A stretch of 64,000 bases of DNA from Patellaria atrata CBS 101060. Lineage: Eukaryota. The notes under the pieces are model-generated. The model worked only from the letters and a program-made list of their open reading frames with translations, was not told where the DNA came from and ran no database searches. Numbering within the stretch: the first letter of the stretch is position 1; every line of letters starts with the position of its first letter. This document shows, in pieces, positions 21,953 through 34,365 of this stretch. The position numbers were made by a program, and so were the translations under genes. The stretch lies in the NCBI GenBank assembly GCA_010093705.1, contig MU006091.1:124001-188000 (forward strand), in the 5' to 3' direction.

Positions 21953-22290
21953 ATGAAGGTCTTCGCCATCGCTCTTCTCTCCCTTCCCTTCGTCGTCCTG
22001 GCAACACCTCAACCGAGCACCTCCCTCTCCGAATCCGACATCGACCTCTTCAAGGCCGCCTTCGAGGGTTTCGAGGTCTCCGGCGAGACTCTCAAGCGCG
22101 AAGTCGACAGCCCCCTTCAGAAGAAAGCGCTTTACCAATTCTGCGGCGCGTGCGTCAATCACTTGACATGCTGCAATCTTTGTAACGTTGGCACTACCGG
22201 CACCATGTGCAGCATCATCTGCGGCAAGAACTGGTAAGTTTCAAGTACTGTTTCAGTCGAGCGAGGGTGAGCTAACCTCTGAGCAGTTAA
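21953..22290 (+). CDS. Secreted pre-pro Cys-rich peptide (8 Cys); intron 22234-22286, last exon T+TAA
   Basis: Signal peptide, acidic pro-region, KR and KK sites; spliced C-terminus ALYQFCGACVNHLTCCNLCNVGTTGTMCSIICGKNC; TATATAA near 21815; C-rich codon usage. Confidence 0.82.
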
Positions 22291-23399
22291 GCGGCTTTGG
22301 AAGTCGTGGATGGGATAGATGGTAGCTGTGGGGAGCGTTTGTGAGAATGTTTGTTTCACTTTTGGACGGTGGTGCGGTGGTTTGGGTGTACGTTTAGGGT
22401 GAAAATGAGTCTTGAACCGTATAGAATAAACACTCGTTAGCTTGAATTCTGATCTCCCGCGACTTGTGGATGCCATGATATAACGCGAAACCTTTTCTCA
22501 CATCTATCTAGAAAGAGTGGAATTGAATAATCGAAGAGGATATTCGAGGAGTTGACGATGGGGTTCCACCATCGAACAGAAATGCGAACTGTGGGAGAGA
22601 AGTCTACGAAGCTCTCTGAATCGATATCGAATCACCCCTTGCTAAATCCCCCACCATCTCTTACCAATCTATCCAATTGTAACAGCTTGGTACTTTTGTA
22701 GTTTAGATCAAGAAGACTCTCGACTTGATGTTTCAAAGGGAAGAATCGTTCTAGACCAATACCATTAAATGCACTGTGAACTAGAGAGAGTCAAACATGA
22801 AGGGGGAAGAGATGCTCCGCTTACAGTATCACCAAGAGCTCCGTACACTATTGTAATTATGAAATCTAGTTTAAAATCTTAGGTGATCTATTTAGCCAGT
22901 TTAATTGGGAGATAATAATTAGCAGTCCGGCAAATATTCTGATTAGTCGACGGTTCAATATAGTCCGAGCTGAAAATCGAGCTCTGTCACTAATAAACCA
23001 CCAGGCATGAATCCTTTCGCGTCATACACCAAGTAGATGAATTAAACTTATCAGATGGAGCATAAAACATCTCTTGGTATGCATCATATTACAAGTCACT
23101 GATTGCGTCCGACCTCGAGAGTTAGACTACCAGTTTTGACTCTCGCTGACAACTGCCTGTTCTTAAGAAAATCCTGCGCGAACTTCGTCAGAGAAGCATC
23201 GGTCGCTAGTGATCGTCGTCAACAACGAGAATTTAATGCTAGGGTGAATATACTTACCTGGAGGTCCAAGGAAAGAGACAACTGCCGGCATGTACTCTTG
23301 TCGTCCACTCACTCGCGATTGGTATGAGATTTGTCCGACTATATCGTTCGTCAATATGAAAGTCAAGGATAATGATTGGGTGAACACACTTGGTATGAT

Positions 23400-25350
23400 A
23401 ACCTCAGGACAGCTCGTTAGTGAAGATATAAAGTTTCGGTGAAAGCCAGAACCGCCAACCCACGGTCCATTGTCACAATCGGTAAGTCAAAACCATTTCG
23501 AGGTGAAGGAAATCATACTCAGCATATATATATCGGTATTCCGGTTCGTCGTCGGAGAGAGGAAGCACAATGAGAGGCCGCATCTCCTCTTCTGCACTAA
23601 CTCCTAAAATAGTTCTCTCGAACCGCTCCTTGAATATTCCATTACGTTTGATCGCTTCTTCGTACATTTCTGGTATTGTATTACGTCCAGCCTCCTGGCG
23701 GCCATCAGCATTTGTACGAAATTTGTTTAAGATTCTCAACTTGCTATTTCAATTTAAAAGACGGGTTGACGTATGGTGCTGTGCCAAACTGTTGGGCGTA
23801 GGCTTCGCGAAAGTCTTTAGTTCGCTCCCAAAGCTCTGGGTTCTTTATAGAAGCCATTGTTTGAAAATCATCTTGTCGATTAATTCTCGTATTGATTTCA
23901 TAGACTAGTAGGATTACCTTCCCAATATATTCCATAATGGTCTTGCCCTCCTTTGACGGGTCTTGTTGGTCCCATAGGGCGAAAAGATCAATGATAGTAT
24001 TGGGAAGACCAAGATACTCTTCCAACTCTTTAACAAACCGATCAAAAGCGATCTAAGCATCTTGATTCTTATAGGTGTATTGCGAAAAGCATATTATCTT
24101 CGTTGGTATATAATCTCTGGCCTGATTATAGTAAGCACAAGACCAAAAAACATTTCCGTTCTCCCTAAAGACGGACCTCTTTTCCACCGCAGAACCAATT
24201 TTCGGTTATCTTTGCCAGAACCTCGATATCTCTAGTCATGACGCATAATGTATCCAGCGGTCTAAATTGAACCGTCAGTGTGTTACAGTTATACGTATTT
24301 GAGCGCAGCAAGCTTACTTTGCTAGAGGGAAAACCCCTTCCAACGAAGCAAGGCCGAATATCGACCGGCTTGCGAAGAGAACCTGCTTTGCCGAATGCTC
24401 CCGGATGCTACCCCCAGGTTCAAACTTGTTAACGAGCAGACTTCTAACAAAGAACATAAAGACGTACTATCGGTAGCAACACTAGCATCTAAGTTGCTGT
24501 AGGCAGCCAGCGCTGCTCCCCCACCGCTAGAGCTTCCTTCTGGAGTCAAATAGCCATCTCCTCATGGATTGAAAGGAAAATGATAGTCGACCCAGTCAGC
24601 TGTCGGTTATTTTGTTCCAGCGAATTATGAGAGCGTAGACTTTCCGACTACAATAACTCCTAGATCCAGCAGAGCTTATAATGCAGGAGCCGTGGCCTTT
24701 TTCTCCGGGTAAAACTCTCCCATGCCCAGTATGAGAGAACTGTTTGGACGCCGTGAAGATCAATGTTGTCTTTCACTAAAATCCTAAGGCCGTTGAGAGG
24801 CTTTTGTTGACTCTTTGGGTAATATAACCTTGAAGGCACAGGTACAGTGAGTCTGCGGACATCACTTACATGGAACGACTGATACCTTGTCATGCCAGTG
24901 AGAGCGAACATGGTAACTTCATTAAACGGGACTGGGCTCACTTCATTGAATTTGCTCGCGTGGGAATGGTTGACAGGAAAAATGCTTCCTGCGGATTTGG
25001 AAAGATTCGCTAGACGCGATGCAAGAATCCCCAGTTGATGAAGAAGGGACCGTTTGTAAGATCCTGCTCGTCATATGTAATGAAAACGTATTTAGACTGC
25101 CAGATGTTCAGTAATTCTTGCGCTTCTGGTTCAACCGCATGTGGTTTATTAGCCGTGGAATGAACGAAGACAATATTCTGAAGATATCCTCCAGTAAACA
25201 CGTCGTCAGATGTCTCGAAACTCTGAATCGTCCGAGGAAGCCTTTGGTATATTATGTCCCCATCATCTACTATGATAATTGTGGTCGGCCCAGCCAAGTG
25301 AGATGGTAATTTGATATGACCGAACTGGGATCATATCGATAGTGCCCTTC
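23400..25350 (-). pseudogene. Degraded amidase-signature family gene (boundaries approximate)
   Basis: Fragments VPSRLYY...[50 protein letters not shown] and FREAYAQQFGTAPYVNP occur in order but are broken by stops and frameshifts. Confidence 0.8.
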
Positions 25351-26945
25351 GTCAATTAAGGCTTCATGCATTTTACAGGAAGCGTACCTCTGGAGCAAAC
25401 CGTGCATAGAATTTTCTGTCTAGTAAATCAAGAGAAAAACCAAGATCATAAGCATATTCTGCAGTGTGGGAGGGAAATGTCTGGTTCTACCTAAAATGAA
25501 CATCGTACCGAGAAAGGGGCCCTGAATCTTTTTGTTGTTCTGCCCGTTCCTGAGCACTCGTGAGTTCGGCGTGAGGGGATGGCATGATAGAGTTGTGAGA
25601 CCAGAAAGAGAGTAAGAGGTGATGAGCAGTACAGGATCGCGATGAATCAGAATTATTCTCGTTTTCGAAATGCGGGCAATATAACAGTTGTATGGAGACG
25701 GACCGACTAGTGTGAGGATACCAGTGGAACAAAGGGAAAGAATTAACAAGCGTGCATGTAGGGCTTTCAAAATCTACCAAATCCCTGCAGGGTGTTGTAT
25801 AACATATGCACTGTCGAGTTCAAAGCTCTACGTAACGCCATCATCCAATCAAGATGGACGCATAAGAATAGTTGATAGTTCAAGACTCCCTATGGAAAAA
25901 GAGAGGGCTTGATAACTCAAAAACCTTTCGACATGGGAGTCCAAGGATATCAGAAGATATTGTCTTAACATGTGGCTATACACCCAAGCGTATCAAAATT
26001 TTCGTAAGGATATTCAGAACGGTTCATGGTGATGTTCTCCAAGCGGGAACATCCACTGCTTCTTGCATTTCTCTACTTTGTGAACCTCATACTCGGGATC
26101 AATCGATGGAGCTTCGATTCTTTATCGCTAGAGAACAAGATTAATTTGAAATAGAATTTGAATAAGAAACTCATAAGCGATAGAGGGTTCTCTGAAGTGG
26201 GGGCCTTGATAAAGATGACGGTAATCGAAGAAAGAGGTGAAGTAGGAGAAAATAGAACGAAAAAAAACACAGGGAGATTCCGATACATCTTTATCTACAT
26301 GACCATCGGTAAGGTCTTATGTGATCATTACTTTGAATATGAAATTCTCATAAACCGTATAGATAGAATCTTATTATCTTGTTACTGTAACGGAGAAGTA
26401 TCTTTTCCTATCTGCTATAACTCTTAAAGGAACTATTGAAAAGAAGTATGATATGTACAATACTGCGAGACTTTTGGAGTTTTCCTTATGATGCTGGATT
26501 TCCTGATGTGAGTCTATACTCTGATGGCAGTGGGTTGATCCAACTGTGTATGTTGTAACCCTGCCAATGAGTGATGGGCTAGAATTAGAACTACCCAACT
26601 ACCACTTGTGGGAAAAGCAGCTATTAGTTAGAACGATGAGTATTCTGTGATATCAAGTTTGGAGCTTCAAATTGAGATTATCAGGTGTTGAAAATACCGT
26701 AAGGGGCCTTGGGGGTTCGCTTAGCGGATCGGTAAAACTTGCCTACTGGAACTAATTCTTATCTTATCGCCGGAAGTAGATCCGAATATGACGTCCACTC
26801 AACGTAACTGAGGTAGAAAAATAAACACAGAAGTCCAACTACCTAGGTAAGGACGAGAGGAGAGTACGTAGCTCCTCTCGTCCTATAAGTTAAGCACTGA
26901 TAAATCCAGATTCTTCATTCTCAATCTTTAAAAACACTACCGAAT

Positions 26946-27911
26946 ATGCTTCTCTCGCACCTCCCCCTAAGCTCCTATCGAGCCATCCAAACCGCAATCA
27001 CGCGTCCCGCGCTCCAAAACACATCCCTCCGCTCCTTCCAAACCAACGCCCTAAAACTCGACTCTATCAAACCCCTCCTCCTAGACAAGAGCGATGGCTT
27101 CGGCTTCGCACGCCACAACCCTCTCCCCAGCAAACCGCGTAAAGTCGGCGTCACCGAGATGCGCGGGCCGTACTACTCCGCCATGGGACCGCGGTACCTA
27201 GCCGACGTGCTAGACACGGCGGGCCACTACGTCGATGGGCTCAAGTTCGCCGGGGGCTCCTTCTCGCTGATACCAGAGCTGAAGCTGCGCGAGATGATCG
27301 ATCTGGCGCATCAGCACGACGTCTACGTCAGCACCGGAGGGTGGGCGGAGCATCTCCTCACGCATACCGATGCGCCTGTGGTCATCGAGAAGTACTTGCG
27401 GAAGTGCAAGAGTCTGGGCTTCGATGTCATCGAGATTTCGTCTGGATTCTTGAGTATTCCCCCCGACGACTGGCTGAGGCTTGTGGACAAGGTCCATTCT
27501 CATGGGCTGAAGGCGAAGCCGGAACTGGGGATACAGTTTGGTGCCGGAGGTGACACTGCTACGGAGGATTTGGCGTCTATTGATACGAGTGACCCTTCTA
27601 AGCTGGTGAATCTGGGGAAACGCTTCCTCAATGCTGGCGTTGAACGGCTCATGATCGAGTCCGAGGGTATTACTGAGAACGTCAAGAGTTGGAGAACCGA
27701 CGTTGTGAGCACGATCATGAAGGAACTGCCGCCGGAGAAAGTCATGTTCGAAGCGGCCGACCCGGAGGTCTTTAATTGGTATGTGAGGGAATTTGGCGTG
27801 GATGTCAATGTTTTCGTGGATCATTCGCAGGTCTTCCAGTTAGCGTGTCTTCGTCATGGTATCTGGGGCAAGACTGATACCTTTGGTAAGATTGTATCTT
27901 TTAGGGAGTAG
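26946..27911 (+). CDS. comA: Phosphosulfolactate synthase (ComA/HSA32) family protein with a probable mitochondrial presequence
   Basis: KPRKVGVTEMRGPYY, VDGLKFAGGS, VYVSTGGW.E, GFDVIEISSGF, LMIESEGITENV..WRTD, KVMFEAADP, VNVFVDHSQ. Confidence 0.88.
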   Translation: MLLSHLPLSSYRAIQTAITRPALQNTSLRSFQTNALKLDSIKPLLLDKSDGFGFARHNPLPSKPRKVGVTEMRGPYYSAMGPRYLADVLDTAGHYVDGLKFAGGSFSLIPELKLREMIDLAHQHDVYVSTGGWAEHLLTHTDAPVVIEKYLRKCKSLGFDVIEISSGFLSIPPDDWLRLVDKVHSHGLKAKPELGIQFGAGGDTATEDLASIDTSDPSKLVNLGKRFLNAGVERLMIESEGITENVKSWRTDVVSTIMKELPPEKVMFEAADPEVFNWYVREFGVDVNVFVDHSQVFQLACLRHGIWGKTDTFGKIVSFRE

Positions 27912-29035
27912 TTGAAAGGTATTTTAATGTCTAAATATGAATGTATAATGATTCTCAACCATTCATTCGCCTTCAGCCGTGCATATGAGTGCGATAATCT
28001 TATTCAACTCTTTTCCAACTTTTTAACTCTCCAACTCAGAACCATCGTTCCTTCATAACCGTAACATAAAGCAGTAATCCCTCGAATGAGGGAAAACATC
28101 GTACCAGGAACGGAATGAGAACCCCCTTTTTGATTCTTCTATAAACCCACAACATAAATCCGTCCTCAAGTAATGCAGTACAGATTATATCGACGAGACA
28201 GCTTGCTCCGTTGGCTAATTTAGCCTACTAAATGCTGAGTTCCAGACTCAAAACTCAACATTTGTTGCTTACTGTACAGATCAAATGGCAGTGCATGTCC
28301 TGATACAGCATCAACTTAGGTCCTGGACGGAATTCTAGGACTCCGTACATTCAATCCGGGGCCCTTCTCGAAAAACTAAAAGCATACAGTAACCTAACAG
28401 TACCTCTGGGAATTAAACAGATCCCTCCGAAGCTCCGTGCATCTCACAAGACAGTATCAAATCAAAAGTCCAAATTATCAAAACAAGAGATTTAAACATT
28501 CCCTATTTATTAACGACGCTCTGACATGAGTATATTACCATATTGTAGAGCCCATGATGCCAGGCATAAATCTACATCAAAAGAAATTCGTAGATCCAGA
28601 GTAATTTCTTTCCGTACGTGAATCCAAGCCATTATGCCAGCAAACCAGCTGCCGCTTGCCCATAACAAAACACAACAGGTGCAGGGGAATATAGCTTTAA
28701 ATGAGAAGAAAAATAAAAAAAATGCGCGCTCAACAGCAAAGCCCTCGCTATGCAACGGAGAACTATCTCTGTCCAAATTTGCTCCTGTTGAAAACTCCTT
28801 TCTGTCCCAAATCGTTATTTCTAAATCATCTACCATAAGGCCCTTCCATTATGGACCGTTGTACATATACCATACCGCCATCCCTTTTCGTGACGCGTAA
28901 AGAGGGGGTTACTATAACATACCGAAACGTCGGGTGTTCTAGGACAAAATACAGCTTTGGACAAGATCATCTTTACATCAAACATATACAGGAGATTCTA
29001 CGCGAGTACGCGAGATGAGACGATTATTACGGAAC

Positions 29036-32000
29036 TTATGGAATCCGCTCCAAATCGTCTCTAGCCCTCAAGTATTTCGTGGCTAGTTGATCACCGCCCT
29101 TCTTGCTCATCTCCATCCAGTGCTGTGCCAGACACATGGTCACTGGGTCGCTGCGAGCTGGATCCTCTTTCCTGCCCGGACGGTTGAGAAGTTCGCTCTT
29201 GAAGACATCCTTGGGTTTGGTCAACGGGAGCACAGTGCGCGGCAGGAGATCTGGATGCGTAAGATAGAGGATTGCAAGCTCGCGCTCTGCAACAGCGTCA
29301 CCCTCTTTCGCGGTTATGATGAGCATGTTTGCAGCATCTGACATTGTAAACTTTGAAAGAGGTTCTGGTAGCGTGAATTGAGTGTTACCACTGGAGGGCG
29401 TGCCTGCGCTGGCGCTTCCGTTTGCGTTCTGCTGTAGACTTGCGGAACGGATCTGCGTGTTCAATGCGACTATGTCATCAGCAATCTCGACCATAACACG
29501 GCAGACATCTTGCTTAAGACCTAGAGCAGCGAGACCAGCATCCCAGAATGCTTTGCCTCGCGCTGTTTTGTCGAGCATTTGAGCCGGGACGAAGGAAGCA
29601 ATATACTGTAAGTCCCGGAAGAGTGACTTCGGCCTAATTTCTGCATCTCGGAAAAGGCCCTGAAGGACATCGACAATCATATCGGTGCTTGGTATACCGC
29701 CTCCCGGTGATCTTGCACCTGTCCCACTGGCGCCTCGATACATAGTGGGCGAAGAGCTGCTGCAACTTTGATTTTGCTGAGCCATGCTATGCGACCGTCG
29801 TTCTTCACAATTAGCAATGGCTTGTTCAAGATTCTGAGCTTGCATTGTCGTGGCTGTCGGCTCGCGGGAGCTCAGTTCGGGTACAGAACCTAGGGTAGGT
29901 GACTGGGGAACGGTGGGAAGGATTTCTCGTCCTTTGTAGCTACGGCCGGAACGTGAACTGAGAGATGCAACGATGAGAAGCTCAAGCTCGTAGAGAGCAT
30001 GCAATTTTGAGAATGGGTTAGGATGAGTTGCAAACTTGCGGAGTAAACGTCTGAACGCAACATTGTAAGGAAATTCAAGGAGGCCTGCACGCTTCGCGAC
30101 CGAAAGACCAGAAGATCGGGCTGTAGCGTCACTGGAGGAAGTTGAGTGCTCGCCAGCTGAATGGACATCAGCAGAACCGGCATGCTGTAGTGTAGCGATA
30201 GGTGCGGCCGGTTGACCTCTCTCCCCACGTCCTAAAGTGTCAAGGGGACTGTTACGGTGTTCACCTCTTGCGGTTTTCATGCTACGCATGCTCTTCTTGC
30301 GGGCCAAAGCTCTCTTGCGGCGTCGAACCTCTTCCTCGTTTCGCTGTATGCACTCCTCGCCCAAGTCTCCAGAGAACCAAGCGTCGGTCTCACTGCCATG
30401 GCCGAAAACCATTGTGCCCAAGTCGCTGAGCAACAAACCTGTCAAAACCTGTTTGAGATCAAGGAGGAAGCGACGTTTATCATCGTTGACACTTGCCGAC
30501 TGTTTAAGTATGACAGTGCCTTTCGATGATGATGAAGTGCGAGGGCGAACGCTTGTCGCGTTCGTTGGGGATTGAGCTGCATGTGTTTGAAAGGGGGACC
30601 AGAAGGTTGTATTCGAATCAATGGTCAAGACTGGGCTTGATGCACCAAAGTAGTCTTGAGAATCCATTAAATCTAGGGGTTTGTTAGTACTCCATTTGCC
30701 GGAATCAAAGCTCTGCTGCGATTCATTACGAGCCGATATCGACCGAAGATTCCCATGGCTTGGACGCGGAGAGAAATCGAGACTTCGAGAAGCAGGTCGT
30801 TCGGGCTGAGTTTCATACTCCTCATCGCCGGCGATGCTTAAAGTACCAACACCAGTGAGGAAGAGGTCTCCCTTTTGTCTTCCGCTGTCCAAAATTTCCT
30901 TATCTCGTCGATATAATTCGCTAGACCATAGAACAGGGCCATCAAGAATTCCATCCCCGACGAGCTTGTTGACACACTTGTCTATTTCTAAGCAGAAACG
31001 ATGTATTCTCTCTTCGCCCTTGCAAAAGTTCTCAACACCATACTGTGTCAACCATCGCAGCGTCAAATCCGATTGCTCGTCAGTGAGTTTGTTAGGGCCA
31101 GCGTGGTCCGACGAAGCTGCCATGATATCAAAGACCTGGGTTTCTGTCCTGAAGAGAGAATTAGCGGCCGAGGATTTGGAAAAGGTCCTGGGCCGTTGGA
31201 GCGGAATAGGCTTGCCGTCCAATGTTTTGGTAGGTTGTCCCATGATTTTGAGAGCCATTGCAACATTCCTAGCCTCCTCATATCCAGCGGAGTTACGAAC
31301 ATCGGTGATATACCAAACTTTGTCTCTCAGATTTTTCATACCGAGCATCATTTCCTCAACAGTAGCATCGTGACGCTCCTGAGACTGCTTGAGCCACACA
31401 AACCATGCTTCAAACTCTTCGATAGCACTCGCCGATTGCCTCACCGACTCACGAGGGCCTCGGGAAAAGTAGTTTAGTAAGGAAGCATACCCATTGCGAG
31501 TTAACGATGGAGAAGAAAGACGGCGCAATTGTTGTAATGTCTTAAAATAGAGGTGTGAGTTGACGAAGTCGGATTGGGCTTGACACTGCAACATAGCAGC
31601 TTCTAACATCGTGAGCAAAACAGACGTGCCTTCCTGATTCTGGTCCTTTCCTTCGGGGTTACTATTTCTGCGTAGGTTCTGGGGAGATCGGTGCCGATGT
31701 GGACCATTTGCGCGCTGATTCGCAATCAGACTAGAGATAGCGCTTTGGGTGGTATTATAAGGATTGCGGGAGCCCATTGTGTCGATAGTTGCAATGGAAC
31801 GGGGCTTGCTAGACCCATACGCCTTCGGACCGCGGTGATGGGTTGAGGTCCTGTTGCTGAAACTCTTCGATTCGCTTTCGGGGGCAAGTTCCTTAGGAAT
31901 ATGCCACTGCTCCAATAGTTTCCCAATAGCTTCCTTGACTTGATGATAGTCGCTTTCTAATTCAAAGATGTCGCTCGGGCCTTCATCATCACTCTCGGAT

Positions 32001-34365
32001 TCCGGTGAATCGTCTTCAAAATCGTCTTCATCTGCGGTATCTTTGCGCATGCGTGTGCGTAGCTCTTTGCCATCTGAGGAAACATAGAGTACCGCCCATC
32101 TCTCGGCACATGGATGGCAAGTACCCGCAGTTGCCTCTATACCAAGGGCTCTTGTCATCTCAGAGCATGCAATTCTGAGCTGGCGACCATAGGCGTCTGT
32201 TGGGGCGACCTTGACCCGATTGTCGTCCTCACCGACTGAAGGCGGGTTGCAATCAACAACTGTACCAGAGGATTCGAGGAGAGGTTCACGAGACGTAGTG
32301 TCGCTTGTATACGACGAAACACTTATGCTGAAGATTGACCCTGCATCTCCAGGTGTTGAAGGTGTATGGAAGGGAAGAGAAATACCGGATATTGATGAAG
32401 CCGCTGAGGCTAATCCAGGGCGACGTTGGATGTCTCTATCCGTATGGCCAGATGCAGGGCGGCGTTCCGGGAAAAGAGTGTTAACCAATGTTACAATATC
32501 TGATGGACAGACGACGAGGAAAGGTTGAACTTCAATGGTTTCCCGGGGAGAAGTAATGGCTTTTGCCGGTAACAGAACAGGTTTCGTATGAGGGCGGTTG
32601 GGCTTGAAGCGGGCCAAAATACCTTCAATATGTGCACGAATTTCAGGTAGAATAGGGACAGCTTGCTTCCTAATGAAACCGTCAGATATACGACACGTGG
32701 CGCTGTACCAGGGGTGGGAAGTAATACCAATTGTAGGTCATGTCTAAGACTTGCTTCTGAGCTCTGATAGCGATCTCTTTCAGGATCTTCTGTCGAGCAT
32801 GCTCACTAATATGATAGCCAGTCATGATACCTTGGCTCTATGTCATGTTAGGTAAGTCAAAATCCGAAATGGATGGAAACAAGACTGACCTCTGGATGAA
32901 TTATAGCACTAAGTAAATATGTTGAGAAGAACCAACGAGAAACGATGAATGTCTGTGCAGCTGCACGATGCTTTTTGGAGTCCTCCAACTTCTTCAGAAT
33001 TGCATTGCCAATTTCCAGAACGCCCTCGGGGATACCACCCGCACTGGGCTCATCATCCACAACCTCGAATAGTTTCTTGACGGCCTTATCATAGAAATCA
33101 TCGGCAGCAATAGTATCCTTGGTGCTCCGGGTCTCACCTGCTGTCCGAGGTCTTCCGGTCTGCTCCTCCATCCTTTCCAATAGGAACTGCCCGTCTTGAA
33201 GGACTTGCATCAAATACAGCTCGAGGTTCGCTTTCCCAGGCCACTCACGCATGCCGGCCCAGACATCCAAGACGCTTTTGATGAACTTATCAGACCCAGA
33301 TTTGCTCTCCGTGATCAGTCTGGCGCAGGTAGTGGCCCACGCATCTGTCCGGCGAAGGTCTTCTGCGGAATCTGGTCCAGAGGAGTTTGCGAAACAAGTG
33401 TAGATGAGAGCAGAAAGAGGATCATGGCGCTGAAACGAAAGAAGACGCTCCACAGGACTAGGAAGATGCGTAGATGGAACTTTTTGAGCAGATCCGGCAG
33501 CTTTACCTCGTCCGGTGACGGCCATAACGGACTCTATGGGATCCAACGCTTGACGAAATGCGGTCAGAGAAGACAACTCTTGCTGGGAAAGGCTACAAAT
33601 GCGACTTGCAAGGAAATCTGGGTTTGTCCGAATCTCTGAAATGAAATCCAATAGCTCATTGCGGGTTTTGTGGGGTATATCATGCATGAAAGTAGAAAAT
33701 GAGTGAACTCGATCACTCTTTGTAAGCTTCGACTTGCCATATTCCAAATCAGGCTCTAGTAAAGCATACCGGCGAGTCGCATCGCAAGAATTCCGAACGT
33801 CGTGGAGAGCATTGTAAAGCGTGGCAAAAGATTTCTTATCATCTGATCTGAAATTATCGACTAGCGTTCTATGCGCCAGTTCTCCGCAGTGTAAGAGGCG
33901 TGCGGAGAGCGCACTGGAAACCAGCCATCTGTGAAGGCGTACACGAGCATGACAGCGTCGCTGCTCTTGATATTTTTGGAGACGTATGAGGTGCGCAAGT
34001 TCGGCGAGTGAAGTTGAGGTCGTGGTCACGGCTGCGGTGGGCAGAAATGTGTCGGTATACTGCGAGATGTCGTGGGGAAGGAGTCGAGGTAGGCGACCCG
34101 CCGGTGCAGAAGAAGATGAAGATATTATCGGACGTAGTGGTGGGCTCAGGTTACGTTCATTGTCGCTGCCAGTCCCGCCAGGTCGACTGCTCATCTTCGA
34201 AGGTGGTGGTGAAGGCAGATGCGACCTGGACGGACTTGGAGACCGAGGGGGTAACTCTCGTGGATTCTCATGAGATTCGGGAGGCGAAGGGGTCGGGCTT
34301 CTTGAGGAGACGTGGGTTATGGTCGGGGAGACAGCTTGGTTCGTTAGCAGGTGCCAGCTCATCAT
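29036..34365 (-). CDS. Very large conserved-looking fungal protein (about 1750 aa, 3 exons); divergent RasGAP-like N-terminal and VPS9-like C-terminal regions suspected
   Basis: 502-aa and 1193-aa ORFs are joined in frame through a short middle exon (SQGIMTGYHISEHARQKILKEIAIRAQKQVLDMTYNW) by two canonical introns near 32838-32889 and 32670-32728. Confidence 0.8.

Noticed and set aside
11054..26900. Starship or other giant element spanning the accessory region
   Set aside because: No DUF3435 tyrosine recombinase seen, and the hAT element is closed by its own TIR and TSD at 14503-14511
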